From the NCBI GenBank assembly GCA_030265395.1, contig JARFYF010000064.1, forward strand, positions 18,477,262 through 18,541,261: a stretch of DNA of 64,000 nucleotides, given 5' to 3'. Position numbers and translations under genes: made by a program. The number at the start of each line of letters is the position of its first letter. The stretch's first letter is position 1. The notes beneath the pieces were generated by a model. It was not told the origin of the DNA. It worked only from the letters and a program-made list of their open reading frames with translations, and made no database searches. This DNA comes from Rhina ancylostomus. Taxonomy: Eukaryota. This document shows, in pieces, positions 13,366-24,889 of this stretch.

Positions 13366-14139
13366 CTGTGAAAAGNNNNNNNNNNNNNNNNNNNNNNNNN
13401 NNNNNNNNNNNNNNNNNNNNNNNNNNNNNNNNNNNNNNNNNNNNNNNNNNNNNNNNNNNNNNNNNNNNNNNNNNNNNNNNNNNNNNNNNNNNNNNNNNNN
13501 NNNNNNNNNNNNNNNNNNNNNNNNNNNNNNNNNNNNNNNNNNNNNNNNNNNNNNNNNNNNNNNNNNNNNNNNNNNNNNNNNNNNNNNNNNNNNNNNNNNN
13601 NNNNNNNNNNNNNNNNNNNNNNNNNNNNNNNNNNNNNNNNNNNNNNNNNNNNNNNNNNNNNNNNNNNNNNNNNNNNNNNNNNNNNNNNNNNNNNNNNNNN
13701 NNNNNNNNNNNNNNNNNNNNNNNNNNNNNNNNNNNNNNNNNNNNNNNNNNNNNNNNNNNNNNNNNNNNNNNNNNNNNNNNNNNNNNNNNNNNNNNNNNNN
13801 NNNNNNNNNNNNNNNNNNNNNNNNNNNNNNNNNNNNNNNNNNNNNNNNNNNNNNNNNNNNNNNNNNNNNNNNNNNNNNNNNNNNNNNNNNNNNNNNNNNN
13901 NNNNNNNNNNNNNNNNNNNNNNNNNNNNNNNNNNNNNNNNNNNNNNNNNNNNNNNNNNNNNNNNNNNNNNNNNNNNNNNNNNNNNNNNNNNNNNNNNNNN
14001 NNNNNNNNNNNNNNNNNNNNNNNNNNNNNNNNNNNNNNNNNNNNNNNNNNNNNNNNNNNNNNNNNNNNNNNNNNNNNNNNNNNNNNNNNNNNNNNNNNNN
14101 NNNNNNNNNNNNNNNNNNNNNNNNNNNNNNNNNNNNNNN

Positions 14140-14160
14140 GAGGGAGAGGGAGTGGGAGAG

Positions 14161-14201
<41 letters not shown>
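14140..14201. repeat. (GA)n microsatellite at a gap edge
   Basis: Directly visible. Confidence 0.95.
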
Positions 14202-14202
<1 letters not shown>

Positions 14203-14871
14203 AAGAGAAGGAAAACAAAAAAACAAGGAAGCACATAAAAGCAGAAGGAAGTGAGAGAAAATATTTTTTGAGCAACTTTCATGAATTCAGGGTTCACAAA
14301 GCATTTTCCAGGCAATTATCTTTTTATCTGAATCATGCACCAAACCAGAAACAATAAGTGATCCAGGAATCTACTTCTGTTGCTTTGTCAAAAATACTGA
14401 ATAGTGACCACAAACATGGGAAACTCATTACATAATAACGTGGAAGCATTTATGTCTACCTTAATAGGCAGATATGTTCTCAGACTCAATTTTCTGTCAT
14501 TAAAGCACAATTTTGACATTGCTTCCATTACTTACTCAAAAATCTGCTGGGAACCATGATCTCTATATTCGGACACAGAGGTTACAGTATTACATTGAGC
14601 CAAACTGGCACATTATTAATATGAACACTGTAACAGCAGAATGTATTTGGAAGATCAGTTCTGGTAATTACTTCAGATCCCTGGCCGTGAAGCTGCCAAT
14701 GTCAGTTACACAATGACTGTGACTGGAAGTATTAAAAGCAGCAAGTGCAACACACCTAGATTGCAGAATCTGACCAAGCTTTTTCCTGAAGTTGGGGGAA
14801 GCTTAGAGGTTTAGAAAACACAAGAATTTGTAATGTAACTTAATCTCAACAATCATCAATCACGTTTTTCA

Positions 14872-15160
14872 TAGTAGTGCAGCTGCCTCATTGCTCCAGT
14901 GATCTGGTTCAGTCTTGAATTTGGGTGCTGTTTATGTGGAGTTTGTACATTCTCCCTGTGACTGTGTGGGTTTCCACTGGGTGCTCTGGTTTCCTCTCAT
15001 TTCCCAAAGATATGCAAACTGGTAGATTAATTAGCAATTTAGATGGCTTGTAGAATCAATGAGAATGTAGAAAAATGGGTTGCCGAAAAAATTGGGGTGG
15101 GGATTAGGACTGCTGTGTGAGCTGACATGGACTTCATGGGCTGAATGGCCTCCATCTATG
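14872..15160 (+). mobile_element. HE1/V-SINE with CR1-type tail
   Basis: V-domain tgtggagtttgtacattctccctgtgactgtgtgggtttc..gggtgctctggtttcctc; tail gggctgaatggcctcc. Confidence 0.85.
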
Positions 15161-16049
15161 TTAGGAAATTTGATAATACATTATCTCTTATGATTTTCAA
15201 CCCATTTACAATGAGCGCCAAACCACAGTGTTTGACAATTAGTTCTTAAGCTTGAAACTAGCAGTTTGCAACCTGCAAATCAATCAGCATATTGCTGCAG
15301 CCCTTGGGATAGCAGATACAAAACATTTTAGAAAAAGGAGACAGGTACTTAATTGCATGAGTCTCGCACACGTATCGTATCAGGAGCTGCAAGTGTGGTC
15401 AATCATGGCTAAAATATTGAGAGCCATGTTTTAAAAAATGCTGGTTGTTTTTGGAGACTGATCAAAGGGGACTCATTTGTACCAAACACCTGGCTGTGAG
15501 AAGGGTTTTACTGCACAGTAATTCAGTAAAATAGCAAAGGAAAATAATGCAATCCCGTTGGTAAAGTTGAACCTGAAATATATGTGGATAAAGCACTTGT
15601 GGAAATGTGTGGATCTGAAGAGGTTATTTATAACTTCTAACTGGAATTAGAAGGCAATCAAATAATTTGGACTGCCTTCTTAGAGACCTTCATTTCAAGA
15701 AGTATCTGCAAAGTATGATTTTATGAATATAAAGAAGAGGTAAAGCGCAATGTCTAAATGAAGATCTCCTCTTTCAAAATCCCAGTGAGTGGGTGATCTG
15801 GCCAGATGAAATTAAGGTTCCTACATTGCAGCAAGAGTTTGCCCCAATCCCAGATGCTGAGATGAGCCTAGTGAACAAAAGAGTAAGATATCTCTGCCCA
15901 AGGTAATGCAAGCTGACTGAAGTGGATTCAGTTGGATGCTAAATGTTCTGATTATCCCACTGTAAAACTTGGAGAAACATCAACTTGTGCAAGAGATTTT
16001 TTCCCTTATTAACATTAGCTAACTACAAGAATTAGTTGTTCACATTTAC

Positions 16050-16212
16050 CTCGAGTAATTGGTCACCATATTCAAGTCCTGCTTGATGAGCGATGCTTCC
16101 ACCAATTACCTTTGAAACAAAAATTCCTCCATTTTCTCCACTTACAATGGAGATTCCAAGGGGCTCAGCTCCTTTTTGTACTGTCACATGACGTGGTTCA
16201 TGTAGGTAGGGC
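16050..16212 (-). CDS. DLG5: DLG5 exon, PDZ3 N-part (PYLHEPRHVTVQKGAEPLGISIVSGENGGIFVSK...GDQLLE)
   Basis: ttaaag|G acceptor, GAG|gtaaa donor; 163 nt. Confidence 0.96.
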
Positions 16213-17982
16213 CTTTAAAACAAAATGATTTTGTAAATGGTACAGTTGTCAAGATTGAGGATTTGATTCTAAATCAAGGCAAAAGAAATCCTGCACAAAT
16301 TTTGTTATTAAACTGAGCAAATTCAACAGGTACTAAAAATTTTGGATTTAATCTGTCCTAGGTGGACACTCATGCATGCACTGAAAATAGGGCACAGAAG
16401 GGCAAGTGACCAACAGTTCTGTCACAGTAAGTGCACTGGACCCAAGTGGAAACTTGTACTGCCTAGGGTTTATGCTCTTGTCAGCAGTATCAAACACTCT
16501 ATAAAGAAATGTCAGCGAGTTGTATTCTGCCTCCAAAATTCATTCCACTGAAACAAATGGATCACTGCAACCAATGATCTGTGTAGTATATTTAGCAACA
16601 CCAAATAGAAATTATTTTTTAGGCATAAAACATTTTCAGTAAGATAAATCTTAAATGTTATTAAGCACACATGCACATATAACATTATTAATGCAATAAT
16701 GCAGAGTCCCCGGAATATATTTTGTACTTGGTCAGGTTTCTTACAATTTGAGCACAAGACAAAGTGAACACAATATATACTGCACAGCAGCAGCAGTCAT
16801 TGTTGAAGGAAGTCACAGAGCTAAAATTGTCTTGTGTTGTTATCTATCCTGACAGCAGCCAAATAGGTAAACAATATACAAGAAGAAATTTGTATTGCAC
16901 CAGTTTCCAGTCAGTGCAATGATTTTTATCTGAGATTAATACACTATTCAAACTAGCTCTGTGCCCCATAAAATATTAAAAAAATAACTAAATGACAAGG
17001 GCAGCTGGAATTTCTTGCACATAAAATAATGTCTTATCCGACAATAAAGATCAGAAAGATTTTAACATTGCAAGATTCCATTCCTTAAACAAATTTTATA
17101 ACAGGGGTTCAAATTGAGTTGTAAAATGTATATTGTGTAACAAAAATCTCGATCATTCAATCATGTAATTAACGTTAACAGGATACAAAACTGCAGGGCT
17201 CTTTAAATGTTGTGCAGTAGCACAAGGGCACTGACCCAAAAGATTCCTTCTCCATGGTCTCTGCCTAACTGGCCAAGCATTGCAAGCATCCTACAGCATT
17301 TTGCTTTTGCACTAATATTGCTCTCTTAAATTCCTTTCTGGCAATCAGTATCTGAGCTAACCAATATGATGCAAATTAGCAATGGTGACATACTAGTGTT
17401 GCAAAACTAGGGGAAGAAATTTAGGACAAAATGTTGTTGTTGATTTCATTCTTCAACTGGATTGCCGTTTCCATAAATATGTTAACAGTCTCCTGTAATA
17501 ATAATTTCATATCTCACACATTCCTATCCTGACAATTTTTCCAAATATAAATACAAATAACGTACACAGAGGTGTTCTCTTGGCTATCACTAAGTTGTCC
17601 TTCTGCAAAATATTCACTGCTTGAATTACAGGACAAACCTCAATCCTTTCTACAATTAGTAGTGAAATACTTAAGATTTTTGATGAAATGAAATGAATAA
17701 AGGTCATGTTATGTCAAGTGTCATTGCACCACTTGCCATAACATGCCTTTTATTCATTACTTTTATTCATTTTTCAGCCACTGATGATATTAATTAGCTG
17801 CTGTCAGGCAGACCAGGGTGACTCAAACAATTATCAACCTTGAAGGGATTAAAGCTGCCATGCAAGAGCTCCCAGAGAAACAAAAATGCAAATAATTAAC
17901 AAATGAGAAATGACACATGAGAAAGGAAATGTAGAACTACAAACAGAAAAGCAGGAAGCAAGCTAATTTGTAACAGGCCAAC

Positions 17983-18060
17983 CTCAGGCTCCGTAGTGAT
18001 GAAAATCGAGGCCTAGGAGTGAGAGGAATTCTCAGAAAGGACCTATTACGGAAAAGGTAT
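17983..18060 (-). CDS. DLG5: Putative DLG5 cassette exon (YLFRNRSFLRIPLTPRPRFSSLRSL)
   Basis: Branch-like ctgac + tttttag| acceptor, GAG|gttgg donor; 78 nt, phase 2-2, open. Confidence 0.72.
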
Positions 18061-18811
18061 CTAAAAAGGGTCAGAATTAAAGAAAAATAGTCGAAGAAAA
18101 AGTTACCAAGAAGTTTGNNNNNNNNNNNNNNNNNNNNNNNNNNNNNNNNNNNNNNNNNNNNNNNNNNNNNNNNNNNNNNNNNNNNNNNNNNNNNNNNNNN
18201 NNNNNNNNNNNNNNNNNAGAAGTTTGAAAATGTGCTGCTTTAAGAGTACAAAACAGTGATTAGAGTACAGTGATAAGCTTTAAGAGTACAAAAAGTTTTT
18301 TCCTAAATTAAAAACTGTTCAATAAATCAGCTGGTTTCAACACAATTGTGAATTTAAGATTTGAGACCTGCTATTTGATCTTGTTTTGAGTAATAAAATT
18401 AACTCAAGTACAATGGCTATCTCTAATAGAATCACAACTCACACTGACAATATTATAGAATTGAGGCATTAATACAAAAATTTATTCAAAACAAAACAAG
18501 AAAAATATATTTGTAACAGAATGTTTATAATTAGTCTGGTTTCATTTAGAGCAGCGCCATTTAAAATTTGGATTATTTGAATTATTGACATATTACAACT
18601 ATTCCTGTGCATTCTGTAACCATTCTACAAAATAAAATCATTTTTATGGATCAATTCCTGCAATCTAGAAACATTGGTGAAGTTCCAGGTACTTCGTTAG
18701 CCTGAATTAAGGCATTTCCATATGAAGGANNNNNNNNNNNNNNNNNNNNNNNNNNNNNNNNNNNNNNNNNNNNNNNNNNNNNNNNNNNNNNNNNNNNNNN
18801 NNNNNNNNNNN

Positions 18812-18932
18812 CTGTAGATGCTGGAATCTGAAGTAACACACATAAATGCTCGAGGAACTCATCAGGTCAGGCAGCATCTATGGAGGGAAATAAACAGTTG
18901 ACGTTTCAGGCCGAGACCCTTCATTAGGACTG
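18812..18932 (+). mobile_element. Penelope-derived terminal repeat with antisense hammerhead-like motif
   Basis: ctgtagatgctggaatctg..cagttgacgtttcaggccgagacccttcattaggactg. Confidence 0.75.
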
Positions 18933-18934
18933 GG

Positions 18935-19190
18935 TGATAGGTTTAAGGTGAGAGGAAGGAGTTTTAAAGGGGACCTGAGGGGTAAGTTTTTGTTTTATAC
19001 AGGAAGTTTTTGATATCTGGAACCTGCTGCCAGAGGAGATGATAGAAGCATTGTTTAAGAAGCATACAAACACTTAAATAGGCAAGGCACATGGTCCTAA
19101 TGAGGGCAAATGGGATTTTAGTTTAGATAGACGAAAGCTCAGCATGAACTTTGTGGGCAAAGGCCTGTTTTTGTGCTGTATGACTCTATC
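18935..19190 (+). mobile_element. CR1 LINE 3' end
   Basis: FKVRGRSFKGDLRGKF, plus 3'UTR ending tgtatgactctat. Confidence 0.85.
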
Positions 19191-20000
19191 ACTCTTACAA
19201 CCAAAGTGACAGACCATTTTTGCTCTCTTCACTGTTACAGTGATTGACTGAAAATGGACTGTTCAAGCTCGTTGTGTGAAGGAATCTGAAAATACATAGA
19301 TACAGTTGCAATTTGGTCTAAATTATACAATTTAAACAGATTTTCACTAATAGAGAAAATTATGCAAATTATTCAAAGATTTAAATTTAAAAAGCATTTT
19401 AATTGTGTTCACATTAGAATACTTGCTTTGACTTTATTACTCTACTTGCTAATCACTACATTTGGTTCAAATTTATACATTTAAAACCAGTAGATTCCCA
19501 CAGCTTGGATAAATTCAGAATCAAAATGGAGAAAAGTCAGTTTAAAGGAAATGTTGTGCTTTTCAAACACACCTTGTTATTTCTCAGAAGTGTTGTTTTG
19601 TCAGCTTTTGGTCAGGCAGAGTATTTAATGACACCTACCTTTGACTGAATATTATCTTTAAATGAAAAAGGTTGTGGAGTTTGATCTTCCCAAAAGCATC
19701 ATGGCAAGCTCGAAGGTGAAACATTAAGAATGTGATGTAAAATATGGTTTAATTCAAATTAGTTATGTTTCCTCTTTTAAATGTTAATATCTAAATTCCC
19801 TTTAAGTGTTGAATAAACAGGACATTGCAATACTAATAACAACCCATTTACTTTAATGGAGTATTATCAGAAAGCTAGGCCCTAATCTCTAGTCATGCAC
19901 AACCTTGTCTTGTCAGTACTTTTGTGTATTTCAGTGAGCACTAACCAATTATAAATAATACAACTAAAAACTATAAACAATTATGACATGCAGTCCATAC

Positions 20001-20157
20001 CTGTCTTTCCTGTATTCTCCTGTTGATACAGGACTGATGGAGATCTTAGTTAGAGAAGAAATTGAACTCTGTGACTGGCTGCTGCCAAATGAAGACGTCT
20101 CTAGGTTCATTGGTGATTGCGGAGGTGTAATCAAACTGGGACTGCTTCGCTCAGAAC
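20001..20157 (-). CDS. DLG5: DLG5 exon (GSERSSPSLITPPQSPMNLETSSF...GEYRKDR); 5' boundary may extend into the N gap at 20163-20172
   Basis: AG|gtatg donor is clear; TPPQSP motif; acceptor is either atcag| at 20158 or hidden in the gap. Confidence 0.88.
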
Positions 20158-21319
20158 CTGATNNNNNNNNNNTATGAAAAAGGGTAATTCAAAAAACTTG
20201 CTTGTAAAACTGATGTGCTTTGTAGTATTTCCTTTGAGGAATATTCAATTTCATCTGAAACACTTCAAGTACCAACTTGCTTAAACATCTATGAGAAAAT
20301 TTACTCAGTGCCTTCAATACATCCGTTCTGTTGAACATTTGAAAACTTTTATCAGCACCTTTGCTGCTGGTCAGTTAGCTGGCACAGACTGCCACTGCTC
20401 AAGGTAGCACACAACAAACGGCCATGAATCTTGATACCCACTCTGTCAAATTTTACAGCACTCCTGCCGAGCAGCCCACACAACAGAGGTTGTTTCAGCA
20501 TGCCACCGGTCCTTCTGGAGTGCAGTCTCCACATAGTCATTCCTCGCTGAGGTTCGTACAGGAGAAATGCTATGGTGAATATAGTCTCCTGCTGAGGGTT
20601 CTCTCCCTCCTTCTTACTCTCCCTTCCTGGAGATAGTCCTACTTTGCATACCCTCTGCTCATTCTCTCAGTCATACTGTATTTCAAAGAGAATAACTACT
20701 ATTGCAACCAACTGGCTTGTGCAGAAGCCTTTAGATCATGACAAAGCCTGATTGCATCTGCCACAATTCACTTCATAGATGTCAGAATCTAGAAAGCATT
20801 AAACAGCTGTTCAATGGCAGCAAAAGCCGATTGGAATCACTGCCTAACCTGCAACCTGCAGGTTGATGATCCCTTGAAATATCATCTCTGTGGGGAAAGG
20901 TCCTTCAGCTATGCAAAGTTAATAGTCATTAGCTGGAATATTGAGCTCCAAAATGACTACACTGGTGTCAGATTGAAATTGCGCTTAATAATGTTATGAT
21001 CTTCCAACTCTGGATACTTCTAGTGAACATTAGCTACACATTCTGATCAAGGTGTGCCTGCCTGAACACACAGTGCAAATGAATATATGCATATTCCAGT
21101 TTAAAATGTCAGGTGCTATAAAGCCAAATTTTGTACCTGCCAATACTATATTGCATGCTACACAACAAGAATAAACTAAGTCAACTTTATACAAATACAA
21201 TTCACCATTAGGTACCAGATCTATAAATATTGAGATGCTTTTCATTTCTTTAACAGTAGTTTTCACTCCCCCTGAAGGGACAGTATTTTCAACTGCAAGT
21301 GTTCCACGGATTGCACATC

Positions 21320-22370
21320 TACTCTTATCCTGTTGTCCCACCCAGAACAAGGCTCCCCTTGTTCTCATCTTCCATCCTAATAGCTTCTATATTCAATAGA
21401 AAATCCTCACTATGCTCTGCTGCCTTCAATGTGATACCACCCCAAGACACACCTTCCTCTCACCTCTCAGCATTTCAAAAGGTACTGCTCCTTCCACAAC
21501 CCTTTCATCTCCATAAGTACCCACTCTGCTTATTGCAGCCTCTTCCTACATAATGCCAGGAAATGCAATACCTGTCCTTTTTCTTATTTCCTTCACTCCA
21601 TCCATGCTGCCAAAGATGCCTCCCAAATGAAGGAGCAATTCTAAGTTATTACATGTATTTAGTGCTAATAATGTGATTTTCTCTGCAATGGAGAAGCCAC
21701 ATACAGATTGACTGACCTCTTTGCCAAACATCTCTGTTCAGTCCTCAAGGGTGACTACCACTGACAATCTGCAAGGGTGACAGCTGCCCGTCACTTTAAT
21801 CTGCATCCCATGTCTATTCGATCTATCTACCTTTGGCCCTAACAGTGGTCCAACGAAACCCAACATAAATTTAAGGAACAAACAGCTAGTTGCGATGAGA
21901 GATCATCTACTGGTAACATTAACTGTGTTTCTCTCCCCACAGATGCTGTCTGACTTGCTGAGCATTTCCAGCATTCCAAGATTTTAGATTTGCAGCAACT
22001 GAAGTCTTTTGTTTCTGATACTTCCAGCAGTGTTTCTTTTTTTCCCCCTTCTCTTTCCCTGTTATCATTCACTTCTTTTTGACAGACCACAAGCTTTCAC
22101 CATCGTCTCTCTTGATCAGCACCATTGCTGATGTCATTTACTCTCTCTTGGTTTCCATTCTTTCACAAATCACCTTTCTCCTTCTGCTTTCCTCCCCCTT
22201 TCCTACAATTTAAAATATGTTTGATTTTCAACTTTTATCAGGGGAAGAGTCCTCCTGAAACATTAACCAGTTTCCTATCACGGGTGTTCCTTAACCTGAT
22301 GAGGTTTCCAGCCTTTTCTGTTATTTTTTTTTATTTCCAATATCTGCAGGTTTTTGCTTTTCCAAATTTA
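21320..22370 (+). mobile_element. Degraded Penelope-like element (GIY-YIG remnant + terminal repeats)
   Basis: NGEATYRLTDLFAKHLCSV near 21687-21743 resembles PLE IGETxRRLxDRFxEHLxSV; followed by ccacagatgctg..gagcatttccagca repeats. Confidence 0.65.
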
Positions 22371-23460
22371 CGCAGTGTTTAGCAGTCCAAGTACACCTCA
22401 ACAATACCAATCTACATAATTGTCGGCAAATCTTTCATTGTAAAGAGTTCTTACCTTTCGCAAGGTTAGACTGTTTGTCATAAATGCACATTTTAAATAG
22501 TGAACTCTTTGATGAGTCAATAGGCAAGGTTTCAAGTATGCTAACAGCCAAATAGTTATCGTAGCAACACAATAGTATATGTAAAAGGGCAAGTGCCTCT
22601 TTGCATTAAATGGGAAACCAAAATGATTGTAAAATACTGGCAAAATTATTCTAATCTTTTTACAGACTGGGACTTCTAAAAATTTAGAGCTTGCAGAGTT
22701 AAAATAATATGATTTAAAGGAATATGATTTCCAAATTTACTCACTTAAAATACAAGTGCAGCACTCTGCTGCCAGAGGGCAAATTTATTCATCAATGAAG
22801 GGCCTGACCTGTGCTTTGGCTCAGTTATCACACTCATGACCCAAATCAAGCAAGTAAACAAAAAGAGTAACCAAAATATATTCTCAAGGATAATTGAGCT
22901 TAGTTATTACGGTTAATGACAATAACAGCACAGCTGAAAGACTACAAATACCCAGAACAGACTACTCACAATAGCTCTATTTGTTCTGCAATATGCAAGG
23001 AAAAGCTATCTCCTGCTTCAGGGACACATACAAACAAAACTATTAAAATCAATCAACTGGAATTTCGCTGACAGATTCTAAACTGAAATTCATCTCTGAG
23101 GTTGCTGCAAAAATATAAGCAAGATATCAATTGTCTGTGGTATGATGATTAAAACATCAACGCAGTAACTAGAGCTTCTACATTTCAAAAATTGCTGATA
23201 TACGACCAGAATGTAATTAAAAGAGCAAATTTGCCGATAAACTCAAAGTTCATCATTATAAATATCCATTGCCGTAAATTTTCCCACTACAACCCCCTCA
23301 GCTGATAATGTTTACTTCATACCCAAGATGTTTGTGGCTTTACAGATGCATATTATCCCTAAGTGGCTCCTTTCTGTGCCATGGGGAATGTAGAGAAAAA
23401 TAAGGGAAGAATAACAAACAGATAATTTGTATCCTTAAAGGGAATATTGCAAAATATTAC

Positions 23461-23562
23461 CTCTATCAGAGCCTGTTGTCAATCGAGGATACCTTGTGTT
23501 TGAAGGGATTCGAATCCGTCCACTTTTACTGGGAGCGAAAGCCAGGCTGCTTGATGATCCAG
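23461..23562 (-). CDS. DLG5: DLG5 exon (AGSSSSLAFAPSKSGRIRIPSNTRYPRLTTGSDR)
   Basis: tttcag|CT acceptor, G|gtaat donor; 102 nt; preceded by a 76-nt intron. Confidence 0.9.
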
Positions 23563-23638
23563 CTGAAAACCACCAAAAGGTTCAGTAAAGGAACCAGACA
23601 CATTAAAAATAAGATCAAAAATGTGAGTGAAGAATTAC

Positions 23639-23769
23639 CAATACGCGCACTGGCTGGCAGAGATTGTGTTCCATGTGGTGTTGCACTTCTGGAAGATTTG
23701 GACAAATCACTTGAATGTTTGTGGTCTGGGCCAGTCAGATCCAGGCTGTGATGCGCATGATGCTGTGGA
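23639..23769 (-). CDS. DLG5: DLG5 exon (SPQHHAHHSLDL...HGTQSLPASARI)
   Basis: gtttag|T acceptor, G|gtaat donor; 131 nt, phase 2-1. Confidence 0.92.
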
Positions 23770-24264
23770 CTAAACAAAACATTTCAGTCCAGCACACTTA
23801 ATTTTTTTTTATATATCAAGTAAAATTGTACATTAAAATAGAACTTTAAAAAAATTAAAAATGTTTAACATTAAATTAATTTAAAGCTCTAATTAGTGTT
23901 GAGGAAAAAACCCCCACTCATTACTTCATTTCTCCAGGCAATTTCATAGGTCATATTTCTTAACTTTAACAACAAACTGCTACTTCGAGTTTCACTGACA
24001 TGCACATGGCATCCATAAAAGAAAAAGAGTCCTTGAAATCATTCTCAATATATCACTGATCAGGTAACCTTCCTTCTTGGCCTCCATCCGAATTCATCCT
24101 GCAAATAACGGTTTCCCTTTCAAGTCTTGCCCTTTTCCTTTTTAAAGCTACCATTATCCGTGTTTTCGAAAACTACTTTCAAGCCCTGCCATCTCCATAT
24201 CTTCTTTGTTCAAAGACTGAAATAAAGCCCCAAAGTACAATGATAACTACAATTTAAAGATACT

Positions 24265-24587
24265 CAAGACACAAGAGATTCTGCAGATGCTGGAATCTGG
24301 AGCAATACACACAAAATGCTGGGGGATCTCAGCAGGTCTGGCAGCATCTATTTTGAGAGTCTGGGGGAAACGACATTTCGTTCCCTCATGTGTTTTACAG
24401 CATATGGGTGAATGACAGTAAAGTACAATTTGAACTTTAAGGAAATAAATAGTCGACATTTTGAGTCGAGACCCTTCATCAGGACTTCATCCAGTCCTGC
24501 TGAAGGGCCTCGATCCAAAACATTGACTGTTTATTTTCCTCCACAGACGCTGTCTGATCTGAGTTCCTCCAGCATTTTGTGTGTATC
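24265..24587. mobile_element. Fold-back (palindromic) Penelope-derived non-autonomous element with TSD
   Basis: Inverted arms acacaaaatgctgg..ctcag / ctgag..ccagcattttgtgt; flanking direct repeat aaagatact at 24256-24264 and 24588-24596. Confidence 0.85.
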
Positions 24588-24778
24588 AAAGATACTTAAA
24601 TGGCTTTTTGTCACTGCAGAATCATAAAAAGCTCTATGTAGCAGGAGCATCACTTTCAGTACTTGGTTACAGTATCAATTTGAAACAGGTCCATAATATA
24701 CATATTGTATTTGAAGTTGTCAATGCAGGGTACAAGTGCTTTATAACAATATTTTTTTGTTTAAGGATGTAATCTCAC

Positions 24779-24889
24779 CTAAAACCGTCAAAGGGATGCA
24801 CGGATTCTGGAAAGCAAATTGCACTCTGAGGTCTGTGCCGAGCCCTTGGAGAACCATTAAAGCTTTCGGTTGGTGAATGGCTCCTTGTG
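24779..24889 (-). CDS. DLG5: Putative DLG5 cassette exon (TRSHSPTESFNGSPRARHRPQSAICFPESVHPFDGF)
   Basis: Pyrimidine tract + gaagtag| acceptor, TAG|gtgaga donor; 111 nt, phase 2-2, open in the required frame. Confidence 0.6.

Noticed and set aside
13222-14357. Long ORFs of 300+ aa in the ORF track
   Set aside because: Artefacts of N runs and (GA)n; only 13226-13365 is a real exon.
20352-20640. GC-richer patch with short ORFs as an alternative first exon
   Set aside because: Weak donor, and the frame needed to join the next exon contains a stop; no homology recognised.
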